The position numbers were made by a program, and so were the translations under genes. Below are positions 7,169-14,759 of a stretch of 17,896 nucleotides of DNA, piece by piece. Origin of the DNA: a virus. Positions within the stretch are counted from its first letter, which is position 1. Each line of letters opens with the position of its first letter. The stretch lies in UHGV virus genome UHGV-0103875; one strand, written 5' to 3'. The notes beneath the pieces were generated by a model, which saw only the letters and a list, made by a program, of their open reading frames with translations, had not been told where the DNA came from and searched no databases.

Positions 7169-8057
7169 CGTGTTCACCCTCACGAACTTTCAGGTAGGTA
7201 TTATCGTTAAGCAGGAAATCAAATCCCTTTTTGTGCCAGACGGTTCCGCGCTGATGGTTTTGGCGCTCTTCGAACATCCATCGGCAATTTTCGCCTACGT
7301 AGCTCAAATAATTTCTCCAGTCCTGCATCGTGAACCCATGCCCGTCAAGCTGGCGGGTTATCACTCCGGCTTTGCGCCAGAACGTTCGGATCTGGTTTTT
7401 ACGCTTGTCATTCAGTGCGCGGATTTTTGGCGCTTCAGGAAGGATTTCGTGGTAAGCATCGACAACATCCTGACAGCTAACGGAAGGTTTTTTCTTGTCA
7501 GACTTTTTGTCTGCTGCGGTACTCTCTAATACGTCAGTATTAGAGATAATATTATTATATTCTTTATCTGTGGTAATTTGCTGGTAATCTGCTGGTACAG
7601 TATTGCTTGCAGGCATTGGTATTGCTGGCTTTGAGGTGGTAATTTGCTGGTAATCTGCTGGTACAAAATTTGACTGATAATCGTCATATTTCTCTACCGA
7701 GAAAACTGAGAATTTACCGTGTGAAACCCAGTCAATCATGCCGAGTTTTTTGAACTTTCTAAGCAGGTACTGAACGCGATCTGGTTTGAGTCCTGTTTCA
7801 AACGCCAGAGAGTTTCTACCGCCAAGTAGCTTCCCTCTGCCTACCAGAATTTCTCCTGCGTCAGTCATTACATACTCAGGCGTATGCTTTGCTTTGAGGA
7901 TTAAGTGAACCCACAGATGCGCAGCTTCTGCGTCCTTGTAAAACGGCACATCCATAATTTTACGGTGCAGCAAGGCATACCCCTTACCGCTGCTTTGATG
8001 CGGTTGTTGTAGCCTTCTGGCCTCTCTGGCTTCGGCTAGATTAGATATGTTACTCAT
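7158..8057 (-). CDS. Replication initiator (lambda O / P22 gp18 functional analogue) containing the origin iterons
   Basis: 299 aa; position between cII and the helicase. Central peptide repeat [10 protein letters not shown] x2 is encoded by the DNA iterons. RBS AGGAGAAAGG before ATG 8057. Confidence 0.7.
   Translation of the reverse strand: MSNISNLAEAREARRLQQPHQSSGKGYALLHRKIMDVPFYKDAEAAHLWVHLILKAKHTPEYVMTDAGEILVGRGKLLGGRNSLAFETGLKPDRVQYLLRKFKKLGMIDWVSHGKFSVFSVEKYDDYQSNFVPADYQQITTSKPAIPMPASNTVPADYQQITTDKEYNNIISNTDVLESTAADKKSDKKKPSVSCQDVVDAYHEILPEAPKIRALNDKRKNQIRTFWRKAGVITRQLDGHGFTMQDWRNYLSYVGENCRWMFEERQNHQRGTVWHKKGFDFLLNDNTYLKVREGEHDDR
7541..7667. repeat. Candidate replication origin: direct iterons (TGCTGGTAA/C-type, two copies of a ~30-bp unit GTGGTAATTTGCTGGTAATCTGCTGGTACA) with adjacent AT-rich tract
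   Basis: Unit GGTAATTTGCTGGTAATCTGCTGGTACA occurs at ~7573-7600 and ~7638-7665; each holds two TGCTGGTA sub-repeats; a degenerate copy ATTGCTGGC at ~7621. AT-rich stretch AGAGATAATATTATTATATTCTTTATCTG at 7541-7569 lies on the downstream side in the O reading direction, as in lambda ori. Confidence 0.65.
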
Positions 8058-8230
8058 GACCTTTCTCCTTCTGCATCAGCTTCACTTTTTCCAACTCAGC
8101 CCGGAATCGACCAGGCTGCTTGAAGCTGGACAGGAAGCGATCACGTAGTATGTGTTTGTGAATTTTGTCCTGGTAAGGACTGAGTTGTTTTGTCATAATG
8201 ACTCCTGTGGATTGATCCAGTCTTTCTACA

Positions 8231-8509
8231 TCAGGCCTCGAAGAATTCGCCGTTCTTCGGGGCTTTTTCTTTTGTCAGCATTCTGGCTACTTGCTTAGCC
8301 AGTTCCGCCAACTCCTCGTCTTCAACACCCCATTCCAGCACAGCCAGAAGCATGGCCATCTTTGGGATAAAGCTGTCTTTCCATCGCGAAATTTGCGATT
8401 CATTAATCCCTAACGCGTCGGCAACCTTTCGCTGACCACGTACAGCAATTCGATTCAGGATGTTGCTTGTAATTGCATTCGCTTTCTTGCGAGTACTTGT
8501 AAGTTGCAT
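8231..8509 (-). CDS. cII: CII-like transcriptional activator (divergent from lambda CII); ORF-track N-terminal extension rejected
   Basis: From ATG 8509: [66 protein letters not shown]… shares SQISRWK and LLAVLEWGV with lambda CII. RBS AAGGAAATA upstream. Confidence 0.8.
   Translation of the reverse strand: MQLTSTRKKANAITSNILNRIAVRGQRKVADALGINESQISRWKDSFIPKMAMLLAVLEWGVEDEELAELAKQVARMLTKEKAPKNGEFFEA
8244..8282 (+). terminator. Plus-strand intrinsic terminator inside the cII 3' end; candidate terminator of an oop-like antisense RNA
   Basis: GCCTCGAAGAA-TTCGCCG-TTCTTCGGGGC followed by TTTTTCTTTT on the plus strand, antisense to the cII C-terminus, positionally equivalent to the lambda oop terminator. 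Confidence 0.5.
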
Positions 8510-8589
8510 ATGTAAGTATTTCCTTAGATAACAATTGATTGAATGTATGCAAATAAATGCATACACCATAGGTGTGGTTTAATTTGATG

Positions 8590-8620
8590 CCCTTTTTCAG
8601 GGCTGGAATGTGTAAGAGCG
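8590..8620 (-). promoter_or_regulatory. nutR (boxA CGCTCTTA, boxB GCCCTGAAAAAGGGC) for N antitermination
   Basis: Plus strand carries GCCCTTTTTCAGGGC (8590-8604) and TAAGAGCG (8613-8620), the reverse complements of lambda nutR boxB and boxA, between cro and cII. Confidence 0.85.
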
Positions 8621-8627
8621 TGGTTAT

Positions 8628-8837
<210 letters not shown>

Positions 8838-8854
8838 TTAGTACATGCAACCAT

Positions 8855-8918
8855 TATCACCGCCAGAGGTAAAATAGTCAACACGCACGGTGTTAGATAT
8901 TTATCCCTTGCGGTGATA
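8855..8918. promoter_or_regulatory. Lambda right operator OR1-OR2-OR3 with divergent promoters PR (toward cro) and PRM (toward cI)
   Basis: OR1 TATCACCGCCAGAGGTA (8855-8871), OR2 CAACACGCACGGTGTTA (8879-8895), OR3 TATCCCTTGCGGTGATA (8902-8918); 17-bp lambda operator half-site consensus TATCACCG. Confidence 0.9.
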
Positions 8919-8925
8919 GATTTAA

Positions 8926-9642
<717 letters not shown>

Positions 9643-9792
9643 TGGGCAAGGTGTTCTGGTCGGCGCATAGCTGGTGAAAAAATTATTTAATGCGGTGTAT
9701 TGGCTGATTGTAACCCCATGTAACATCTTGCCGTCACCATTTCGGTGGTTAGATTTTTAATAAAAAAAAACAAATGTATAGCAAGGTTTTTT

Positions 9793-10272
9793 ATGGATAA
9801 AATTAATTACCCACCCCTGTTTGAGCCAGGGTTCCATGACATGGATGAAGCTGGATTAAAATCGTATTGTGTCGATTGCTTTCCTTCATCATCCAGGCGA
9901 GGCATGCTATACTGTAATTTTATACAGCTACTCGAATCTATTCGAGAATTATCTGCTCAATATGGCTGTTTTACAGAAATATGGGTTGATGGTTCATACA
10001 CCACGTCTAAACCAGAGCCTGATGATATTGATATTTTGTTGGTATGTGACTATAGCAATATAAACTCAATACCTGTCATGCTTCGGGGCCGCGTCGATAA
10101 TTTGCTTGACCGAAACTACATCAAACAAAACTACAAAATTGATGTCCTACTACTCATGAAGAATTTAGATGACCCTAACTATGATTATGAGTACTGGCGT
10201 AGTTACTGGCGCGGTTGGTTTGGTTTTGATCGCAGTGAAAACCCGAAAGGGTTAGTGAGGATTTTTTTATGA
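9793..10272 (+). CDS. Hypothetical protein, gene A of the rex-slot cassette (~159 aa); possible minimal nucleotidyltransferase-fold protein
   Basis: First ATG at 9793 with AAGG six nt upstream; ORF track extends to GTG 9745. Contains WVDGSYTTSKPEPDDIDILLV, fitting the Pol-beta NTase pattern hG[GS]-x9-13-DhDh. Also CVDC…C. AT-rich compared with the flanking cI. Not RexA. Confidence 0.55.
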   Translation: MDKINYPPLFEPGFHDMDEAGLKSYCVDCFPSSSRRGMLYCNFIQLLESIRELSAQYGCFTEIWVDGSYTTSKPEPDDIDILLVCDYSNINSIPVMLRGRVDNLLDRNYIKQNYKIDVLLLMKNLDDPNYDYEYWRSYWRGWFGFDRSENPKGLVRIFL

Positions 10273-11201
10273 ATGATAAATCAATGTTTAAAAATTGCGA
10301 TAAACGCATTGATTTCATTCAAAAAGAAGTCGATGCAATGAAGCAAAACAAAACCAGGTCCTTTGCTGACATGCTTCTTTATCGCTCCATGGATTCTCAT
10401 CTGAGCGATTTGAAGGCCGAAAAATTAAAGCAAGATAGTCGGCACCCACTTATCGATTTTTTTGAGCTGCGGCTGAAAGGCTCTGAGGTTGACTTTGGCT
10501 CTATTCCTTTAGAGCTGCTTGGGGCTATTTCAACAAATCTTGCAGCGCTAATACAAAGAGCAACACACAAAATTGCCTCAGGCAAGGACTCAAAAAAAGT
10601 TCCCTACGACGTGAAAAGCTCCTTAAACCTCAGGCTGGCTGATTTATCCCCTGGGTCTACAAAATTGGGCGTCACCTTCTCTACAGGAATAGCAGAATTA
10701 GTAGAAACAGTACCCAGCAAGGCTGTAAAAGGCATATTCGATTTGTTGTTAAGCGATGACGACAACAACTTCATGAATCACGTCGCTGAAATTGGATACA
10801 ATTCCACTGTAAGCCTTAAGAGAATCGTAGAGGAATGCGATAAACACAACTTAACATTTGATGCAAGTTGGACCGGTCCATTTAGTAATGGCACCAAGGT
10901 GGCAACTATTGACTCCAATAAAATTAAGTACTTGGTGAGTAGACTTACATCAACCATTTCATCCCCTCCCATTACTGAAACGGTTACAGGCGAACTGGTC
11001 GTTCTATCCAAATATGGGAAGCTGGAGCTTGATGTTGGTGGTGAACATTTAAAGGCTTCCTATCCGATTGAAATGCTAGATTTAATACAAAAAAAACACA
11101 AGGTCGGACAGATTGTTTCTCTTTTAGTGGAGACTACTGAGATTCACAATGATCGCATAGGTCTGTACCGTAAAAACCATCTTGTTAAATCGGTTCTTTA
11201 A
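10269..11201 (+). CDS. Hypothetical protein, gene B of the rex-slot cassette (310 aa), no recognised domain
   Basis: ATG overlaps the gene A stop (ATGA). Soluble-looking, Lys/Ser/Leu-rich, AT-rich codons. No RexB-like transmembrane pattern and no HEPN Rx4-6H motif found by eye. Confidence 0.6.
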   Translation: MNDKSMFKNCDKRIDFIQKEVDAMKQNKTRSFADMLLYRSMDSHLSDLKAEKLKQDSRHPLIDFFELRLKGSEVDFGSIPLELLGAISTNLAALIQRATHKIASGKDSKKVPYDVKSSLNLRLADLSPGSTKLGVTFSTGIAELVETVPSKAVKGIFDLLLSDDDNNFMNHVAEIGYNSTVSLKRIVEECDKHNLTFDASWTGPFSNGTKVATIDSNKIKYLVSRLTSTISSPPITETVTGELVVLSKYGKLELDVGGEHLKASYPIEMLDLIQKKHKVGQIVSLLVETTEIHNDRIGLYRKNHLVKSVL

Positions 11202-11207
11202 TATCTC

Positions 11208-11234
11208 ACCCGGCCACCGCGCCGGGTTTTCTTT
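11208..11234 (+). terminator. Rho-independent terminator closing the cI-cassette transcript (tIMM-equivalent)
   Basis: ACCCGGC-CACCGC-GCCGGGT followed by TTTTCTTTG immediately after the gene B stop. Confidence 0.7.
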
Positions 11235-11395
11235 GCCTCACGATCTCCCCACCTAAAAAAACATAACTCATTGTATTTATTGAAAAATAAATAGATACAA
11301 CTCACTAAACATAGCAATTCAGATCTCTCACCTACCAAACAATGCCCCCCTGCAAAAAATAAATTCATATAAAAAACATACAGATAACCATCTGC

Positions 11396-11458
11396 GGTGA
11401 TAAATTATCTCTGGCGGTGTTGACATAAATACCACTGGCGGTGATACTGAGCACATCA
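11396..11458 (+). promoter_or_regulatory. Lambda left operator OL3-OL2-OL1 with PL promoter (-35 TTGACA 11430-11435, -10 GATACT 11453-11458) directed toward N
   Basis: OL3 AACCATCTGCGGTGATA (11396-11412), OL2 TATCTCTGGCGGTGTTG (11416-11432), OL1 TACCACTGGCGGTGATA (11440-11456); 17-bp spacing between -35 and -10. Confidence 0.9.
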
Positions 11459-11487
11459 GCAGGACGCACTGACCACCATGAAGGTGA

Positions 11488-11518
11488 CGCTCTTAAAAAT
11501 TAAGCCCTGAAGAAGGGC
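11488..11518 (+). promoter_or_regulatory. nutL (boxA CGCTCTTA, boxB GCCCTGAAGAAGGGC)
   Basis: Exact lambda nutL boxA at 11488-11495 and boxB hairpin at 11504-11518 in the PL leader. Confidence 0.9.
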
Positions 11519-11690
11519 AGCATTCAAAGCAGAAGGCTTTGGGGTGTGGTGAAGGGTTCATGGATGGGAATATGTCGCACGTAAAGCGGCGAGGCCTGCG
11601 GAACTATTGCCGAATTGAAGTCGGCCGAAGCAGGTCGAAATGGGTCTCCCACCTACCACACCACCAAAGCTAACTGACAGGAGAATCAAG

Positions 11691-12017
11691 ATGGATGCAC
11701 AAACACGCCGCCGCGAACGTCGCGCAGAGAAACAGGCTCAATGGAAAGCAGCAAATCCCCTGTTGGTTGGGGTAAGCGCAAAACCAGTTAACCGCCCTAT
11801 TCTCTCGCTGAATCGCAAACCGAAATCACGAGTAGAAAGCGCACTGAATCCGATAGACCTTACGGTGCTGGCTGAATACCACGAACAGATTGAAAGCAAC
11901 CTGCAACGTATTGAGCGCAAGAATCAGCGCACATGGTACAGCAAGCCACGCAGTGAAATGGGTGTGACTTGTGTTGGTCGCCAGAAAATGAAATTAGGCA
12001 GCAAACCACTTATTTGA
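11691..12017 (+). CDS. N: Antitermination protein N (lambda type); upstream ORF-track extension rejected
   Basis: From ATG 11691: MDAQTRRRERRAEKQAQWKAANPLLVGVSAKPVNRPILSLNRKPKSRVESALNPIDLTVLAEYHEQIESNLQRIERKNQRTWYSKP…, with the arginine-rich boxB-binding motif at the N-terminus. Confidence 0.95.
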   Translation: MDAQTRRRERRAEKQAQWKAANPLLVGVSAKPVNRPILSLNRKPKSRVESALNPIDLTVLAEYHEQIESNLQRIERKNQRTWYSKPRSEMGVTCVGRQKMKLGSKPLI

Positions 12018-12025
12018 GGTGAGAT

Positions 12026-12496
12026 ATGACAAAATCATGGAGTGTACCTTTTCCTGAATCAGAAACTGAACATGATGGAATGCCTGTTTTCTGGAGATTC
12101 CAGGCGACAGTTGAAGAAGATGGAATCAAAATATTCGCACTTCAATATATAGCTTTTCATCAGACAGAGCATTATGCATGGTTGGTTCCTGCGCATTGGA
12201 TTGTTAATTTTAAACCAGCACCAAATCAGTGGTTACAGGAATGGAAACAAAAGAGAAATAGATATGCAATTAAGAAAGTAGCAAAAAATGCAGAAAGATC
12301 TTTTGCATTCCCAACGAAGAAACTTGCCATTGAAAGTTTATTGCGCCGGAAGAAATACCATTTAATGAGAATCAAACAAGATTTGGCTGTTGCATCAACT
12401 CTTGTTGATGGGATGAAGAATATTGATACATCAACACCAGATATTGAATATAACTTTGGACACAACCAAGAAACAGAAAATTGGGTATTTTATTAG
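12026..12496 (+). CDS. Hypothetical protein (156 aa) directly downstream of N, in the lambda sieB/ral position
   Basis: Starts 8 nt after the N stop. AT-rich, Trp-rich (WSVPF, FWRF, WLVPAHWIVNF, WLQEWKQK); no recognised family. Confidence 0.6.
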   Translation: MTKSWSVPFPESETEHDGMPVFWRFQATVEEDGIKIFALQYIAFHQTEHYAWLVPAHWIVNFKPAPNQWLQEWKQKRNRYAIKKVAKNAERSFAFPTKKLAIESLLRRKKYHLMRIKQDLAVASTLVDGMKNIDTSTPDIEYNFGHNQETENWVFY

Positions 12497-12639
12497 TACA
12501 AATAAGCACTGTGTATTCATTCCAACGAGTGAATACACGGAGCAATGTCGCTCGTAACTAAACAGGAGCCGACTTGTTCTGATTATTGGAAATCTTCTTT
12601 GCCCTCCAGTGTGAGGGCAATTTTTTTAACGGGGGAAAT

Positions 12640-13608
12640 ATGAGTGAAGTAACAGATTTAGTTGTTATTGAAAAAGCAAATGCAATGACTGTATTTCAGT
12701 CTGCCGATCAGATTGAAGAAATCCTTCAAAAGGTTGAACGTGAAGTTATGTCCTTTGTGCCTGATATCACAACGGCAAAGGGAAGAAAGGAGATCGCTTC
12801 TCTGGCGTATAAAGTTGCGCAGACGAAAACATATCTCGATGGTCTTGGCAAAGACCTTGTTGCTGAACTGAAGGAAATTCCAAAGCTAATTGATGCTAAC
12901 CGCAAGACAGTGCGTGATCGCCTTGATGAGCTGAAAGCCAAGGCACGCCAGCCTCTTACTGATTATGAGGAAGAACAGGCGCGGATTAAAGCCGAAGAAG
13001 AAGCTAAGGCAGCAGCTGAAGCTCTCGCAAAGCAAATTGAGTCTGACCATGAAATAGCGATTTTGATGGATCGCGAATTTGACCGCCAAAGAGAAGAGGC
13101 AAGACTCAAAGCGGAGCAGGAAAAGCGAGAGCATGAAGAACGCTTAAAAAGAGAAGCTGAAGAGAAAGCCAGAGCTGAAGCCGAAGCAAAGGCAAAAGCC
13201 GAAATTGAAGCAGCAGCAAGGCGAGAAGCAGAAGCTAAGGCCGCAGCGGAACGTGCAGAGCGTGAACGCATTGAAGCCGAGCAACGAGCACAGCGCGAAG
13301 CAAAAGAGGCAGCAGAACGAGCTGAAAGAGAAAAGCAGGCAGCAATTGAAGCAGAACGCCGAAAAGCACAGGAGGAGGCAGAACGAATCCGGCGCGAGGC
13401 TGAAGCAAAAGAGCAAGCCAGAATAGCAGAAGAAAAAAGAATCAAGGACGAAGAAGAGCGTAGAGCAAAGGATAAAGCTCACCGGAGAGAAGTAAATAAC
13501 AAAATACTTGCTGACCTTATCAAGGTTGGCGCATCAGAAGATGTTGCTAAAAATATCATAATAGCCATCGCAAAAGGCGAAGTATTCGCAACAAAAATAA
13601 CCTACTAA
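12640..13608 (+). CDS. Highly charged coiled-coil protein (~322 aa) with long E/A/K/R-rich repeat region
   Basis: Start ATG 12640 preceded by GGGGGAA; the ORF-track N-terminal extension is rejected. Central ~180 aa are quasi-repeats of AEAKAKAEIEAAARREAEAKAAAERAERE… flanked by ordinary N- and C-terminal segments. Confidence 0.6.
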   Translation: MSEVTDLVVIEKANAMTVFQSADQIEEILQKVEREVMSFVPDITTAKGRKEIASLAYKVAQTKTYLDGLGKDLVAELKEIPKLIDANRKTVRDRLDELKAKARQPLTDYEEEQARIKAEEEAKAAAEALAKQIESDHEIAILMDREFDRQREEARLKAEQEKREHEERLKREAEEKARAEAEAKAKAEIEAAARREAEAKAAAERAERERIEAEQRAQREAKEAAERAEREKQAAIEAERRKAQEEAERIRREAEAKEQARIAEEKRIKDEEERRAKDKAHRREVNNKILADLIKVGASEDVAKNIIIAIAKGEVFATKITY

Positions 13609-13632
13609 TAAAACCAACATAAGGAACCACCC

Positions 13633-13803
13633 ATGATTTACGCAATCGCGGGAGGCGCTCGCATGGGTGCCTTCCAACTAAATGAATCTTTACTTGAACG
13701 AATCACCCGTAAATTACGTGACGGATGGAAACGCCTTATCGACATACTTAATCAGCCAGGAGTCCCAAAAAATGGATCAAGCACTTATGGCTATCCAGAC
13801 TAA
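13633..13803 (+). CDS. cIII: CIII (FtsH inhibitor, protects CII); below the ORF-track size cutoff
   Basis: Translates MIYAIAGGARMGAFQLNESLLERITRKLRDGWKRLIDILNQPGVPKNGSSTYGYPD; the C-terminal 40 residues are nearly identical to lambda CIII. RBS AAGGAA upstream. Confidence 0.85.
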   Translation: MIYAIAGGARMGAFQLNESLLERITRKLRDGWKRLIDILNQPGVPKNGSSTYGYPD

Positions 13804-13885
13804 ATTCACTATCGCCACTTTTATTGGCGATGAAAAGATGTTTCGTGAGGCCGTAGAAGCCTACAGAAAATGGAGGTCAAAATGA
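13772..13885 (+). CDS. kil: Kil-like small protein (host cell-division inhibitor family)
   Basis: Internal ATG of ORF 13682..13885 gives MDQALMAIQTKFTIATFIGDEKMFREAVEAYRKWRSK, resembling the remembered lambda Kil N-terminus. Overlaps the cIII 3' end in another frame. Confidence 0.55.
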   Translation: MDQALMAIQTKFTIATFIGDEKMFREAVEAYRKWRSK

Positions 13886-14070
13886 TTCCGGTAGAACTGG
13901 CGAAAACTCCAGAGTTAAGTCGATTAAAAAGAGAATATCACATTGCTGAGGCTCGTTACTGGCGTAAAGCGGGAGATAAATCAAAGAAACAACTTTGTTT
14001 ATGGCAGGCGCAAAGAGAGCGCATGAATGAGCGCGAATTTCTTTCCTCCCCATCCGAATTACCATTCTGA
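13882..14070 (+). CDS. Hypothetical small protein (62 aa)
   Basis: ATG 13882 with GGAGG five nt upstream and ATGA overlap with the kil-like stop. Basic, helical-looking (…RLKREYHIAEARYWRKAGDKSKK…). Confidence 0.45.
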   Translation: MIPVELAKTPELSRLKREYHIAEARYWRKAGDKSKKQLCLWQAQRERMNEREFLSSPSELPF

Positions 14071-14078
14071 GGTGAATT

Positions 14079-14759
14079 ATGGGAACTGCGACATTAATAC
14101 TCGGTGAATCTGGCACCGGAAAATCAACCAGCATGAGAAATATCAATCCAGAGGAAGCAATACTTATAAAACCAATAGGCAAGCCGCTTCCATTTAAATC
14201 AAAAGACTGGCTGGCATGGGATGCCAGAGCAAAAAAAGGAACCGTAGTTACCACTGACAAATGGGACGTAATAGTTGCCGTAATTAAGCGTGCTCACGAA
14301 TACGGGAAAAGAATCGTTATTGTTGATGACTTCCAGTATGTGATGAGCAATGAGTTTATGCGCCGCTCAGAAGAAAAGTCGTTTGATAAATTCACTGAGA
14401 TAGGCCGTCACGCATGGGAGGTCATTAAGGCTGCACAGGATGCGCCTGATGACCTGAGAGTCTATTTTCTTGCGCACACCGAAGAAACTCCTATGGGGCG
14501 TGTGAAAATGAAGACTATCGGCAAAATGCTGGACGAGAAAATCACTGTCGAAGGCATGTTTACTATAGTTCTTCGCACCCTTACCCGTGATGACCAGTTC
14601 TTTTTCACCACAAAAAACAACGGTGCAGACACTGTTAAATCCCCAATGGGAATGTTTGACTCCAATGAGATTGATAACGATCTCTCTTTCGTCGATACCA
14701 CTATTTGTGATTACTACGGCATCAATAATGATCATCAAATTAAGGAAAACGCCGCATGA
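14079..14759 (+). CDS. RecA-like P-loop ATPase, candidate Sak4-type single-strand annealing/recombination protein
   Basis: Walker A GESGTGKST at residues 9-17 and Walker B RIVIVDDF; ~226 aa, the size of core-only RecA-like phage Sak4 proteins. Occupies the position of lambda Red. Confidence 0.5.
   Translation: MGTATLILGESGTGKSTSMRNINPEEAILIKPIGKPLPFKSKDWLAWDARAKKGTVVTTDKWDVIVAVIKRAHEYGKRIVIVDDFQYVMSNEFMRRSEEKSFDKFTEIGRHAWEVIKAAQDAPDDLRVYFLAHTEETPMGRVKMKTIGKMLDEKITVEGMFTIVLRTLTRDDQFFFTTKNNGADTVKSPMGMFDSNEIDNDLSFVDTTICDYYGINNDHQIKENAA

Noticed and set aside
4703-7183. Helicase ORF being a gene fusion or pseudogene because of its length (826 aa)
   Set aside because: The extra length is a single contiguous insertion with intein junctions and LAGLIDADG motifs; the flanks are colinear with DnaB and restore an intact P-loop.
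5442-7197. Multiple short plus-strand ORFs inside the helicase/intein region
   Set aside because: Antisense to a long, motif-rich helicase-intein frame; no independent support.
7571-7667. Possible CRISPR-like or mobile-element direct repeats
   Set aside because: Only two copies of a ~30-bp unit, no spacer/repeat regularity, and located inside the O-like gene with an adjacent AT-rich tract; interpreted as origin iterons.
8510-8569. N-terminal 20-codon extension of the cII ORF
   Set aside because: Homology to CII begins at the internal ATG (8509), which has its own RBS; the extension would run into the nutR/tR1 region.
9745-9792. GTG-initiated extension of rex-slot gene A
   Set aside because: No convincing RBS for the GTG; the first ATG at 9793 has an AAGG six nt upstream. 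Start remains uncertain.
9643-11201. Presence of rexA/rexB
   Set aside because: Neither ORF resembles RexA or the four-TM membrane protein RexB by sequence or size; the slot is occupied by different genes.
11640-11690. N-terminal extension of the N ORF
   Set aside because: Lambda N starts at MDAQTRRR; the extension overlaps the nutL leader.
12726-13482. Several minus-strand ORFs (71, 82, 160, 112 aa) with Ser/Ala/Cys/Phe-rich low-complexity products
   Set aside because: Artefacts of the purine-rich repeat DNA encoding the plus-strand coiled-coil protein; no starts with RBS, and they sit opposite the direction of the operon.
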